Counted from the first letter of the stretch, positions 8,410 through 22,600 are shown. The stretch is DNA of 64,000 nt from a virus (IMGVR_UViG_3300032290_001460:32001-96000); one strand, 5' to 3'. Program-made: numbers and translations. The notes: generated by a model not told the origin, from the letters alone.

Positions 8410-10497
8410 ATGGCTTGGAATCGCATCGACAATAAATCTATTAACCCTACCGGCATGAAGGGCACCTCAATACCTCCTGGTGCCCCAATTTCAACAAATC
8501 CAAGTTTCCAGGGTCGCGCCTACAGAGACCCGTGGGATATTGAGCGTGCATATCGCGAAGGCATGCAAAAAGTTACTTGGGTGTCACGATGTATTGACGC
8601 TATCGCAGGTAATCAGGCCCGTCTTCCCATAATTTTACGTAAAGACAACTCTCCCGATGGAGAAATCGTTACCAAAAAGCAAGGCAAATCCACAATTCTG
8701 GATATTTTGAATACTAAATCAAATATAGGCGAAAACTCATTCATTTTCAGATATCGCTTATCTTCACAGTTGCTTCTTGGTACTCGTGGAGTTTTTATTG
8801 AAAAATTAAAAGGCCGTGACGGAGCGTTGATTGGACTCAACTTACTCCCCCCACAGTCCACTTCCCCTATTCCTGACCCACGTTTGTTTGTGTCTGGCTA
8901 CGAAGTAAACATGCCCAATGGCGATAAAATCATCATGAAACCAGAAGATGTTATATGGATTCGCCGCCCACATCCACTTGACCCCTATCTTTCAATGACT
9001 CCAATGGAATCCGCTGGTATTGCCATTGAAATTGAAAACTTAGCCAAACTATATAACCGCAACTTTCTTCTCAATGATGGTCGTCCTGGTGGTTTGCTGG
9101 TTCTTCGTGGGGAAATTGATGAAGATGACAAGGAAGAATTAAGAAGTCGTTTCCGTGGCAACATGAGCCGAGTAGGAACCACTACTGTAGTGAGTGCGGA
9201 TGATGGTGTTGACTATGTAGATACTTCGTCTAACCCACGTGATGCCGCCTATATCCAGATGCGTCAAATCACTAAAGAAGAAATTCTTGCATCTTTCGGT
9301 GTTCCCGAGTCAGTTATTGGTAATGCTTCCGGAAGAACATTCGCCAACGCCAGCGAAGAAGTGAGCGTATTCTGGAATGAGACGATGTCCCCCCACCTAG
9401 AAGTTCTTGCTCGCGCTCTAGATGAACTTGACGATGAACACTATATTGACTTCGATACCTCCGATGTTCCCTATCTAATTTTGTCAAAACAAGAACGCGA
9501 ACGTTACTTGATGCAAGAATTGCAGGCTGGATTAATCAGTCCGAACGAATACCGTGACGGAACTGGAAGAAAAACAGTTGAATCAGACCTGGCAGACAGC
9601 CTTTTAATGAACCCGAACTTAACTCCAATTGCCAACACCACCAAGCCGATGCCGCCGCCCCCAGCACAGGGCGGAATGCCAGTCCCAGGCATGCCAGGAA
9701 TGCCCCCAGGTATGCCAGGAATGCCACCAGGAGCAGAAGGAATGCCTCCTGGGGCAGAATTGGGAGGTCCGGGCGTGGACCCGAATACGATGGCAGGGGC
9801 TTTGGCAGAAGAGTCTGGAATGCTCCCCGCTACTAGCGGTGCCCCAGGAATGCCCCCAGGTATGCCAGGAATGCCAGGAATGCCAGGGATGCCAGGAATG
9901 CCCCCAGGTGCTCCCGCAACGCCAGGCGGATTTGGACAAATGTCTGACCCTTCCGAAATGCTATTCAAGGATGACTTATTTGAAAAAGATACCGACCTTG
10001 CTCGTTGGATAGAAATACTTGACAGAAGTTTGGAACGCCTATTTGAACGTCAGCAACGTGTCGTACTCGAAAAGGTTGCTGGACAAAAATCACGCAAACT
10101 TTTGATGAGTGGCGGACTTGACGTAGATACCGTCATGCCTATTGATACCTGGAATAAGCAAATGGACGAAGACATTAAGCCAGTTCTTTCGGCCATTATC
10201 AAAGACGCCCAGGCTATCTATTCGACAAAATCCGCTTCTTACTCTAGCCCTGGTCAGAATGACATTTTGACTCATATCGAATCTCAGATGGAGCGAATTA
10301 AGAGTCGGAATAACGAAACTCAACGTTTAATTTCTGAAGCCATATATAATTCCTATGGGATACGGGACGAAGAACAGCGTGCTAGTGGTGTTAGGTCTAA
10401 CCTAAATTCTATTTTTACCGAAATTTTGGCTAAAAGACGACCAGATATGGCTATCAATGAGGCTCGTCGGGCGTGGAATTTCCCGCGCCCTCTATAG
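8410..10497 (+). CDS. HK97-family portal protein with GMP-rich linker and C-terminal MuF-like helical domain
   Basis: WVSRCIDAIA..ARLP, LLLGTRG, VIWIR...P, NFLLNDGRPGGLL, EILASFGVP.SVIG, ISPNEYR are HK97 portal motifs. The last ~165 aa resemble the MuF N-terminal half. Confidence 0.9.
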   Translation: MAWNRIDNKSINPTGMKGTSIPPGAPISTNPSFQGRAYRDPWDIERAYREGMQKVTWVSRCIDAIAGNQARLPIILRKDNSPDGEIVTKKQGKSTILDILNTKSNIGENSFIFRYRLSSQLLLGTRGVFIEKLKGRDGALIGLNLLPPQSTSPIPDPRLFVSGYEVNMPNGDKIIMKPEDVIWIRRPHPLDPYLSMTPMESAGIAIEIENLAKLYNRNFLLNDGRPGGLLVLRGEIDEDDKEELRSRFRGNMSRVGTTTVVSADDGVDYVDTSSNPRDAAYIQMRQITKEEILASFGVPESVIGNASGRTFANASEEVSVFWNETMSPHLEVLARALDELDDEHYIDFDTSDVPYLILSKQERERYLMQELQAGLISPNEYRDGTGRKTVESDLADSLLMNPNLTPIANTTKPMPPPPAQGGMPVPGMPGMPPGMPGMPPGAEGMPPGAELGGPGVDPNTMAGALAEESGMLPATSGAPGMPPGMPGMPGMPGMPGMPPGAPATPGGFGQMSDPSEMLFKDDLFEKDTDLARWIEILDRSLERLFERQQRVVLEKVAGQKSRKLLMSGGLDVDTVMPIDTWNKQMDEDIKPVLSAIIKDAQAIYSTKSASYSSPGQNDILTHIESQMERIKSRNNETQRLISEAIYNSYGIRDEEQRASGVRSNLNSIFTEILAKRRPDMAINEARRAWNFPRPL
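9649..9930 (+). repeat. Pro/Gly/Met low-complexity repeat (GMPGMPPG) in portal
   Basis: Repeated atgccagga/atgccccca units. Confidence 0.85.
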
Positions 10498-10605
10498 TTG
10501 CAGTAAACTCCCCCTATTTAGTTTACTGAAACTACATAAACACTAATAAACTTGCGTTCATCAGGATAAATAGAGACTATTATTACTCTAGATGATTGGA
10601 GTATC

Positions 10606-13600
10606 ATGAGCCAAGGAACATTTGAAGACATCCATTTTAAGGCGATGAATGGCCAATTCAATATAGATGAGGCACAAGGAATCGTTGAATGTTTCGTTGC
10701 CGCCGTAGGTAACAAAGACTCCGTGGGTGACATCGTCGCATCGGGGGCATTTACAGAAAGTCTCAAGCGCCGCAAACCGCGCGTTGTATGGGGACACAAC
10801 TGGAACGACCCCATCGGTAAGGTTCTAGAAATTTACGAAGTACCAGCACACGACCCGCGTCTCCCAGGAAAAATGAAGCAAGCAGGAGTGGGCGGGCTCT
10901 ATGCGAAGGTTCAATTCAACCTTGCAACAGAAAAAGGTCGCGAAGCATTTGCTAGCGTCGCTTTCTTTGGTGGAGACCAAGAATGGTCTATCGGCTATAA
11001 GACTCTCCAAGCAAACTTTGACTCCGCCATGCAAGCAAACGTTTTGCGTGAAGTTGAACTGTACGAAGTGAGTCCAGTTCTTCATGGTGCAAATCAACTG
11101 ACAGCCACAATTTCCGTCAAGAGCGACGAAGGTGAAAAGTGCCACAGTCCTGCTATGGGCGCTGGAATGCCAATGATGCCAGCAGTAATGCGTGCTTTTA
11201 AACCAGGGATTCCAGAAGGTGGCCCATCGCGCATTTCGGCAAGAATTGGCTACGACGTTTCTAGTCCTCGTGAAGATATTTTTGCAGAAGGCGAAGCACG
11301 CGAACTTAATCGCGAAGAAATTTATAGACTTGAAGAAGAACTGATGTCACGTTCTAATAATCGTCTCAAGATTATCTCCGCAACTGAAAATATGGTCACA
11401 TTCCATCGGATGCTCCCCAATGGTTCATCAACGGCTTACCGTCTCCCATACCACTACGATACGGCTGTTAGACAATACATGTTTGGCAAACCAGAGAAGA
11501 TGGGACAAGGTCCTAGCCAGCCTCAACCACAAACAGTCGTTCCTATGCAGATGCCCAGTATGCCAATGTCTGTCAAGCCGAATGCCGTCAGCCCATATGC
11601 CATGGTTAACGGTGGATACGATGGCGAAAAATCCGTTGAAGAAAGACTCCATGAAGTTATTGCTGGCTTAAAGTTGCCGCTCTTCGACGATGAAGTAGCA
11701 GAAAAATCTCAACAAGATAAAATTGAGGAAGTAGTGAATCTTCTTCAATCCTATATTGAAGAGAAGAGCGAACCCATGCGTGTCATTATGAAATGTGAAC
11801 CGCATCAAGCGTTCCGTGTTAAGGAACTACTCGACCCGGTAATTGAGTATCACGGACTTCAGGCAGAAGTCAGTGAAAAGGGCGTCCATCTTTCAGGGAC
11901 ATTCAATGATGAAACACTCGATGCACTATATGCGTCAGAGAAAAGTATTCAACGGATGTTCATGAAAGAGGGTGGTTGGGGAAAAGATAACGGCCCTACG
12001 GGGCCGACCTTCGAAGTTGAAGTAAAAGCCCTCGGAGGCCGAGTTGGCCAAAGAATCGGTGGAGGCCTGAGTGCTGCACCACCAGGGATGGTTTGGGTTG
12101 ACGTAACCGGAGCCATAGATGGCGATAGCGATGGAATAGTTTTTGAGGGTACGCCTATGCAGCGTCCCATTATTCCTCGTGCGATGATTCCCAAGGTGCA
12201 GGCGTCTATACTTCAACAGACTTCCCTCCCCCGCGCTATGGAAATGGAGCGAAATAGGGTTCCTAAACCATCTGTTTCGCAAGAAGATTCCAAACCACGT
12301 TTAAATCAGGTTCCTAAAAAGAATGAATCAGATTCAGTGGTGCCTTCTAAGCCTATTCCAAAAATAGACGACACTATTCCAACACCCAGTAAGGCTCCTA
12401 AAAAAACTCAGGGGCGCAAATCAAGAAAAAGCCCTCCTACTAATCCGAATATATACGACCCGTGGGTTTATAGAAATTCAGGAACCGAGCGCATTCTTGG
12501 TAACGAATTCAGCATCATTACGCCACTAGATGAAATTATTAACTCTGTTAGTTCTAGAAGTAAAAAATTGACTCCTAAAGAAATTATTGACAATTATGCT
12601 TATTTCCTTAATTATAGAGGCCTAGACACTCAACAAGTTTTTAAAATTTTTGAAAACCATGGTTATGTTAATACTGAAAAAGTCAACCAAACCATATCTG
12701 ATGAGTTGAAATTTGCGATAGATGACATTATTGCGGCAGGCGGAAGAATTGTTTTTGCACAAAATAATCTTCTAATTAATTTGGGTGGCAATAAATTAAT
12801 AATTGATTTATTAGATAAAGATAGTTATAGTAATGTTAGACAGCAGTTAAGTATGCCCTTGAAGCAATTGTATGTAAAAGAAAGAAAGACAGTAACAAAT
12901 ATTTCGGACTTGTCTCCTAGGTATAATTATCTTAAGCCAGAATTGAAAAAATTAAAAGAAAAGTATGGCGATTATTTTGTTATACGCGCCCTGGATGCCG
13001 GCCATTATTCTGCTGTTCTTTTTGACCCCATCTCTGGTGACCCCCTAAAAACTTATCAATTTAGTGGTAGTCCACGAAGTACTTCTAACCTTTTAAAAAA
13101 CCTTTCTTCAGAATTTACAAATGCAGCCGTAGTTAGAAGATTTGAATCAGCAAAAATATGGAAGCCAGCGCGCGAAGTCATTGATAAAGTACCGTTGAGA
13201 CCAGCAAATGAAGGGGAAACCCCAAAATTCGGTCCGCTGAGTGGTACTTCTAAGTTGGTTCAGATTTTTTCTGAACTAGGTTTTTCGCCAGACAGTAAAG
13301 AATATCCTAATGCTCTCGTTGAATTAGAAATACATGATATTGGTGACGGAAAATTTGGTGTATATGGTGTAATCGTAGATGAAGATGGCATAGAACACCT
13401 CGTGAGCCAGGAGCAGGATGGTCTTGCAGATTCATTAGATTTTCTTCGTGCACTAGGTTCAGAATATTCTCAGTCGCAATTATCAGAAATGAGAAGTGCT
13501 CATCTAAGACGAATGGGGGTCGTTGGTCAATTGGGCGATACTTCTGGGTTGAGTCAAGAAGTTGAAGAAATGAGGGCTGCTCGTGATGAACGAACTTACA

Positions 13601-16600
13601 ATCAGTGGTTCGTTGATGATGGTAGTCGTTCGCAAAGAACACCTACCCTAATTTATAATACTGCCGCAAAATCTATAAGAGATATTTTTGATGATGAAAA
13701 AACATGGGACCCATTCTTTGAAGACCTAAAAGATGTTTTGGGTCATTCTCAAAAACAATCGCAACGCCTACTCGACCTCTACGATGACCCGAACGCTACA
13801 GAAGAGGCTATAACTAATCTTGAGGAATCAATTAGGGAATTAGATGAGCAAATTGCCGCCGTTATTGATTACGCAAAATTTTTAAATGGAGAAAATCGTC
13901 GCGCTCGTCTCAAAAGACTAAAGAATCCTCTTATTAACAAAATGATTGACGAACGTACTGGGGGCGAGTATTCGGATTTTACTGATGCTGAAATTGAAAG
14001 ACTTAGAAACAATCTGACTTTTTCCGAAAATGATATAAGCGATATCTTTGGCGTTGAGGGAAGCGATAAGGCTAGAAATTTCGTTGAATCAATGCAGGAT
14101 GTTTTAGATGATGCGGAATGGTATGACGGCATACTGAGCAGTCCTATAGAGGACGAGAATAACCCTGATTATTTGGAAAATCCATCTCAAGAACTTTACG
14201 ATGATGCTATTAGAAGTTTGAGCATGGAAATTGATTTCATAAAAGATGCTAGAAAGCGTAATCATCAACAAAGACTGGCTATTTCGGATGGTAGCAATTT
14301 ATCCGATGGCACCAGTCGCTCGCAGCGTTCCTTCATTAATGGACGTGGAGTGGGCGAAACTAGGCAGATTTTCCCCAATGAAGACAAACAGGGAACTAGT
14401 AAAAAAATTAAGTACGCTCGTTATGATGGGCGCAAAGAAGAACTGCTGGTTGAATATTCCTCTGGTGAAACCATCACCTATGGTGGAGTAACCGACAGGA
14501 TGGTTTCTGCAGTTGAGAAATCACTAGATGATATTGATGGCGGGATTGACGGGATAAAAGCAGAAGCACGCTATTCTATTAAACCAGATGGACAAATAGA
14601 AGGCAGGGCGGTTAGTGTAGCAACGCTAGTGCAGAGAGATATTGAACGTCTCGAACAATACGATGTTATTACTGCAAAAGATAAGTTATGGATGCAATTA
14701 GCAGCAAATGCCATATTGTCAAATTTTGAAGAACCGCCCGAATATGAACTATTATCCTTGTCTGACCAATTGGCTAATGTGGCAAATAAACTTGCTCGCG
14801 AATATGAAGAAAATTCTGCAGCCCTAAACCTTTTAGAAATTAAAAGTTCTATTGACGACAGAGTAGGCAATGGGCTTGGCGGAACTCGCGGTACACGCAT
14901 GTATCGTCCACTGAAGGATGAAACAACATTAGATTTAACCAATGACGAAATTGGTGAATTAAGAGACGAAATTCAATCAATTCTAAACAAACATGGAGAC
15001 AGAATTACTTTTGCTCCTTTTGCAGAATTTGACAAAGCGTTAAAGGACGCTCAAGATTCAAACAAAAATAATGTAACAATTAAAAATAATTTACATTCAG
15101 CATTAACCGTTGCTTACGATGAACTTTACTGGATGGCTTCACACAGTCAAGCAGAGAAAAGATGGCTCAACCCCATTGGGGAAACACTACTCAATATTGC
15201 TGCAGCATCCGGAAGATTCACCTCCCCACGCCTCAGTGCCAATAGGGGAGACTTCAAGGGCGTCCCATTCAATAATGGCGCACCATCAAGAATGACCCCC
15301 GAAGCACGAACTACCCTCATAGATTGGGCAAACGGAGACGGATTAGGGTTCTATGTTCTAAAAGACATACGTGATTCTTATCGACTCAGGAATGGAAATC
15401 TCACCTCGCGACAGTGGAACACTCTTGCGAACATGTACAGGCGCTTTGGTCCTGGTGGCAGTGACAGAAAAGACTCAAGTAGTAGAAGTAAAAAAGATAC
15501 AGAAATCTACTATGCCATTGTCCCTTCGGACGTCCCGGACCAAATTGACGATGAGGAAGAAGAAAAACCAAAACCCAAGAAGCCAGTAGGAAAACCTGCT
15601 TCAGAGTTACTGCCAGGCGACTTTGATTCAATGACTGCAAAAGAAAAAATTGATGTCATGTTTCAAATTGGACGTGCAACAAAAGATAATCCCGATGGCA
15701 TCGCCCCAGAAGATTGGGACAGACTAATTTATCCCCTAGACAAGGAACTTGATGTAGAAGAAGCAGTACAGAACCAAGCAGAATTCATGGCTGCACAAGA
15801 AGCCGCTGCAATGAGAGGCGAAGTACTAACAGAAGAACAGTTCTACGAAAACAAATCACGTCAAGCGGAATTACACGACAGAAGAACAATACAGCGTGCA
15901 TTAAGTGAATACGACGCTGGACGACCCGAGTTATTGCAAAAACTTGGCCTACGTAGAGAAAACTTTATTATTAAAGCAGATAGAGAATACAAGGCCCCCA
16001 CTAAGCCAAAGCCGTTAGGTAAATGGGCTACAGATTTCTCCATGAAGATACGTTCTCAAATAGAAAAAGCAATTGCCAATGGGCTTGCCGGAGAAGAACA
16101 TCTTGACCCATGGCTATCCATGGAAGAACTTATTAATGACAACGATGGTCTCCTTGATGAAGAAACTATCCAAAACATTATCCCTGTCCTAGAAGAATAT
16201 GTCAGTGCTTATGATGGGGCAGAATTTGGACATCGTTCAGAAGGTAATAGTTATAAACAAGCCAACGACATGATTGAGGAGTTGGAAAATACTCTTTCAA
16301 TTCTTCTTGACCCAACAATAATCGAAGACGATTCCGATGATAGCGGAGATGACAAGAAAGACAGCGACGCTGCCTCAGAAGTTCCAGATACAACTCAGGG
16401 AGTTTCTCTATCCATAGAGGGCGATAGTGGTTCAAAAAGCCGTCGCTCATCATCTATGGCAAGTACTACGGGCAGACAAGACGCTGTTGATTCCGGAAGT
16501 AACCAAATAAATTCCGAAGATAGTAGCAGGAGTATCCGAGAAGTAATCAAATTAGAAGATTTACTTGAAATAGATAAGCGCGAACAATCCGAAGATATGG

Positions 16601-19600
16601 GAGAACCATTCGTTGAGTTATCAAAGGCCCTCGAAAATTGGTTAAATAATCATATTTCAGATATGGGCGGATGGGACAAAAGTCACGAAACTCGACTACG
16701 TAGGCAGGTAGAAGATTTAATTTTGAATTTACGTGGCTTGCGAGACAAGTGGCAGTCCATGGGGACTGCTAAACGAAGCGGAATATTGAGACGCATGAAG
16801 ATGGTTGATGGCTACGAACCGCACCCTCTAACTAAAATGTCACTTGAAGATATCATTAGTAAATCAGAATTACGTATTCACGATGACGGAACTCTGTCTT
16901 TCAAATTGCCTCCCAACCCAATATTGCGGCAACTCATACCAGGCAACAGAAATTATCAAGATGTAGAGTTGCCCACTGCTGAAACTGTTAGTGAAATTTT
17001 TGATAATCTCACAAATGATTGGCGCAGATTAGATGAATTATTCAATTCAATATATGAAGTTTTTGATGAAGATGAAGACGGGCGACGTGGAGCGCGCCTA
17101 AGGAAATACCCTGTCGGCGGGGAAAAACTGCCGCACCACTCCTTGTATCTTGGCAAGTACGCTGAACCCCCGACAGAAGCACCATCTCCGGAAGGGGCGC
17201 TCCAATACCACTACAACGACATTTCTGCTCGTATTCTTCAGTATTACATTATCCCTGAATTAGCAAAAATTAAACGCAATGAAAATCCAAAAATTGGAGA
17301 AATCTCCAACGATAACGACCATTTTATTCATGGATATTTACAGTTATTTACAGACCCGCATGCCTGGCAGGAGATGAGTGCTGTGTTGTCTGAAAACTTC
17401 CGTGTATCGCCCGGCACCATATTGCATGACTTATTGGGGCACTACGCCCTTGGTAATACTTTTGATAGACACGGAGAATATGGAAATATTCTTTCAACAA
17501 TTCAACTTGCTCGCGATAAGAAGTTCTGGCAGAAGTTGCGCGAGATACCAGAACTTTCTGACCTATCCGAAGAGGACAGGGACCTCTACATGCGCGGCTT
17601 GCTCGTTGATGTGGCCGCAAGATGGTTTAATCGTGTCGGTACAGACTCCCCGGATGACGAGAGGAGATTGAAGAAGAAAATAGCGTTCTACGATGGACCT
17701 ATTGATGAACTTCTTGACAAAATCGACCCGCCTAACGAACAATCGTCAAGTTCTAGTCGTTCTACACGAAGAATCCCATTAATCGATGTCGATGATAAAC
17801 AACTTTCTGAGTTAGGTAAAGAATCTATTGATGGTATTGCAATAAGAGAAGAATTTATTAGACCATCTTCTCGTGACGAATTAGAACAATTTGTTTCACG
17901 AAGAAAACCGATAGGTTCGGACCTGCCTGTTGATTTACGCACTGGCGAACCTCGCCGCATGTCTCATGAGACAGACAGAGAGTGGAATGCTAGAAGAAAT
18001 AATTTTTATAGAAACAACCCATGGTTTGACCGGCCCCCTATTGATGCTTCTGAAGATTCCCCTAAAATTGATAGAAATAACGAATTTGGTGATGGAGAAT
18101 TAATTAAACCCTCATATAAATTTAATTTTAAATGGAACCAGTATCAAGATTATACTGATGAGGAATTAATAGATAAACTTAAATCAGACAAAAAACCTTC
18201 CAATACTTTGGTGCATGAATTGTCTTTACGTGGATATGAAGTTAGAAAAAAAAGAGAATATGATTTAGGTGATTTTAGTGGTAGGGAAGGATATGACTAC
18301 ACATACTTCTTTGCTAAGCCAATGGATGAAATAACCCAAGAGCATCTTGATAGAAGAAAATCTAAATACAATCCAGTTGATGAAACACAAAAAATAGATG
18401 AGCCGTCAACCAGCATAATTCCTACATTGGAAGAAGACGTTGTTGATGAACAGGATTTTGTTGAGCCAGAAGAATTCCCATTAAAGCCGAAACAGCCCAG
18501 GGTTCCTCGTCCTCGACCCGGTACCAACACCGTGAATATTGGTGGCAATAATTCGGGAATCATAAATCTCGGCAACAATGTGACAATTGATACTGGCGAC
18601 ATAAATGTTTCTAATCAGGGCAGTAAGATTACTATTATTAATGGGAACAAGGTTACTGTTGATGCCAATACGGATGTATTGAGTATGCCATTGAAAAAAG
18701 TTGATGAAGAACTTGCTAGCATACAGAAAGATTTAGCGGAACTTAAAGAAAGAAGAGTAAAGGGCAGTATTTCTGATGCTGATTATGCTCAGCGACGCGT
18801 AGATTTGGCTAATAGGAAAGTTGCTCTCAAATTAAAGAAACATTCCGTCCCTGATGGTGATGCAACCAAGGGCACACCCAATGTTTCCTATATTGGCAAC
18901 AGTTCAAGGTCAACCAGAAATATTGATTATTATCGTAGGGAATTTAATCTTTCTCCAGAAGATTTGGAATTCATCAAATATACCAATGCCCCAGATTTAT
19001 TTTTGCGTGAAGAATTTGGGATAGACGATACAGCCATAGCAGACATTCGTTCTTATGTGCCGCCGTTGGATGTCATCAAGGAAATAGATTCTTTAACCGA
19101 TGATGATGTTAGATTCCTTGAATCTTACGATGGTATTGTTTCACAAATTACTGAAGAATTTAATTCTTTTGTAACTCGGACGATGGCCGAACGTCTTCAG
19201 GCTATTCAATACATAGGAAATTCTAATCTCCCTGAATTGGAAAAACAAGAAAACATAAAAGAAATTGATGATGCATTTAATGAATTATTAAAAGTTAACA
19301 GTGAAATACATTTCGATAGGCTGAATGATGCCGTACTATATACGGCACCTTTAAATTATCGCGGTTTTGGTTGGAGGATGACCCCAGAAAGAATTTCTTC
19401 ACTTGGCTTACCTGAAGGCTATGAAAACAAATTAAAGTTCAATCAGGCTACTCGCATTTGGGAAATGATGAATGGACTGGGCTTTGACTGGGACGAAATC
19501 GAAGATTTCACTGGTTTGACTTTTGATGAATTGAAACCCCTATTCCCACATGTCCGAATTATCGGGATGATACGCGAACAGGAGAAAAACTCTTTAAATA

Positions 19601-22600
19601 ATCCTCCTGAAGATGGTTCTTCTTCTCGTTCAATGAGGCCCGAACGTCGTCAGATAGTCCCAATATCTGGGAATTATACGAGACAAGGTAATTTACATAG
19701 AAAGTTAGATGGACTTCTAACACCCGGCAGTAGTGATTATCGCAAAGATGATTTAAGTGATGAGGAAATATCTGCCATAAAGAAGTTTAGTTACTCCCAA
19801 ACAGTAAGGTACGACTACGACTATGACCCGTTGTCGTTAATGACCTACGAAGAATTAGACACATTATCAAATCTCATAAGTGCAGACAGAGCAAAGTCTT
19901 TAAACGTTGAATTCGATAAAGATTTTCGAAAATTAATCGAACAAGAATTCGACATACGAGACATACGAAATGACCCCTTCAAGTATCGAGGTGGTGGCAA
20001 CGAAAGAAAATTAAAGAGAGAATTCGTATCTGCAGAAGAATTCTTAGGCCCAGGCATGGACGGATATGCAATTAATAGAGGGATGCATGGTGGATGGCTG
20101 TATCCGGATGGACGCATATATCCGCTACAACAAGATTCCCACGGTACTGAGTTTGTTTATCGTGATGCTTTTGAAGATGGTTTAATTCGGATTATTTTCT
20201 CTCAAAAAAGTCAAAGGCGAGATTCATCTATGGATTTGGAAATAGCAGACGCTCGACCAACTCCAGAGCAGTATGAGACTTTACAGAAACTTATGGATGC
20301 TGGAGAACCTAGTGAAATACGTTTTGCTGCTGGTAAAAAAAGTGAGGAGTATGATGCGTCTTATACTTCTCGACCCACTTATCAGTATGAGAATGTTTTA
20401 CGTGGCAAAGATACTAAAAAATTAAAAGAATCTTTGACGCAAGAAGTTTCATGGAAGCAAGAAGAGTCTACTAGTGATGACAGTTCTTCTTCTCTCTCAA
20501 AAAAGGGAACATATCGACCTCTTCTTGGTCATACGTTCGAAGGTTATGGTCAAGCGGAAAAGAAGTTGTCATACAGTTTAGAAAAATTAAGTAAACAAAA
20601 TGGTGCTGCCAAAAAATTAAACGATGAAGAAAAAAATGTAATTGAAAAATATTTTCAAATCAAAAATGCAGATGCAGAGCCATTGAGATTACTCTCAGAT
20701 GATGAAATAAAAACTTTACTTAATTTAATTAGTGAAGAAAAACTGACAGTGAGAAATGCCGACCTATCTGCAGAACTGTTGGGTGTTTATAGAAAAGATG
20801 CAGAATATTTACTTATACGAGAATTAGATATTCGTTCCAACCCTCAAAAATATAAGTTTGGTGGAAATGAAAGAAAACTAAAAAACAGATTTCTTTCAGC
20901 AAAACAACTAGTCGACCCTGAAACAATGGGTGTTTGGGAGACTCCATCATTACGGGCAGCATGGCTTTATCCAGATGGAAGGCTTTATCACGTAACTGAT
21001 GGACATACAAAAGAACATACCTACAACGACGCTTTTGGAGATGGTCTTATTAGGTTGAATGTAAGTTTGGCCAAGGAAAAAGATGACAGAGGTCCAGCCA
21101 CCGCTCCATTTTTGGCTATACATGCAGCCGACATAGCCCCTACTGCTGAGCAAATGAAAATATTAGAGGAACTTATTGATGTAGCCAAGCCGAAAGAAAT
21201 CTTCTATCAGGCTGGAGTGAGTAGCAAAATACATAATCCGAACGAAGTTATTCCTGACGACTCCGACTTTGGCATCTATGTAGAAGGTGAACGAAGTGGA
21301 ACTATAAAATCTGGCGACCTGAAGAAAAGGCTGAAGCAAGAATTGGATGCAGTTGGCTGGGCGAAATTGCCAGACAACGACTCTTCTTCTCGTTCCAAGA
21401 AAGATACAGATTCTGATTTATCTGACGAAGAATTTAAAATCATCGACGATTTTGTTAATGCTGATATCGACAACATTGAGCCAGTTGAAGAAGAACCTAC
21501 GGACGGCCGAACGCGTCGGGCTCGTGCAAAAAAAAGAGAAGAATTCTTAAGAGATGCTGTTACTCAAATCATCAAACTTTCAGAAAATGCGGAAAAATTT
21601 AAACGTGGGCCAGATGCTGGTGAAGTCTCTGGAGGTCTTTTGGAAAAGGTGGCACAGATGTTCGCCGCAGGAGACTATAGCATCATAGATAAATATGAAA
21701 AAATAGTCAAAGAAAAAGGCGCAGGAACAAGCCCGGGTGAATTTTTTGCTAACTCATATTATAAATATGAATCACTTGGCGCCGAACAAAGATTAGAACG
21801 CCAAAAAGGTGGAAACAAGCAAAAGGGCAAGTTTGTTGAAAATATAGAAGCATTAGAAGCAAAAATAACTGATGGGGAAAGTAGTTTTGTTTTGCCAGAA
21901 TTGTCTATAGAAGATGATTTGAGCGTCGGTGAAATTGATGAAGACGTCGCTAAGAAAATTGCGTTTTATGATAAATTTGAAGAATATTTACCCTTACATG
22001 CAGAAATTATGGGATATATCGGGTCTGGGATGACTGCATCTAAAATTAGCAAGCAAACAGGAGTTCCTATAAAGATAGTTAATGCGATGAAAAGCAATAT
22101 GGCTTTTATTGCAGAACAATTGGGCGATATTGAAAATTGGCCCCTGGATTCACTGGACGAAGATTATCGGGATATAGCGAAACTTTTGCCAGGTGACGAT
22201 ATGTCGTTAAATTTGGATATTGCCAAACGTCTTCAAAAAGCAAAAACATTTTTTGAAACTATCGAATTTGATAGAGATACTGGAGAAATAAGTTTCGAGC
22301 AAACATCAATTGCTCAAAGACAAATTAAACTTGAAAAAAATAATGATATTATATTGTCATTTTTTGAGGACGGGAAGCCTGCTCCGACCATAGAGGAAAT
22401 TGCCAAAGCCCTTGGCGTTACGTTCGATTCCGCCAGAGGGCTAATTGTTAGATTGCGGAAAACTACTGGTAGAAAACTGAAAACTGGGAAGAAGGAAGAA
22501 AATAGCAAAAAAATAGATGATGATATTTTATCTTTATTTAAAGATGCTGAAAATCCACCGACTAAGAATGAACTGACGAAATTGACAGGACTATCACAGG

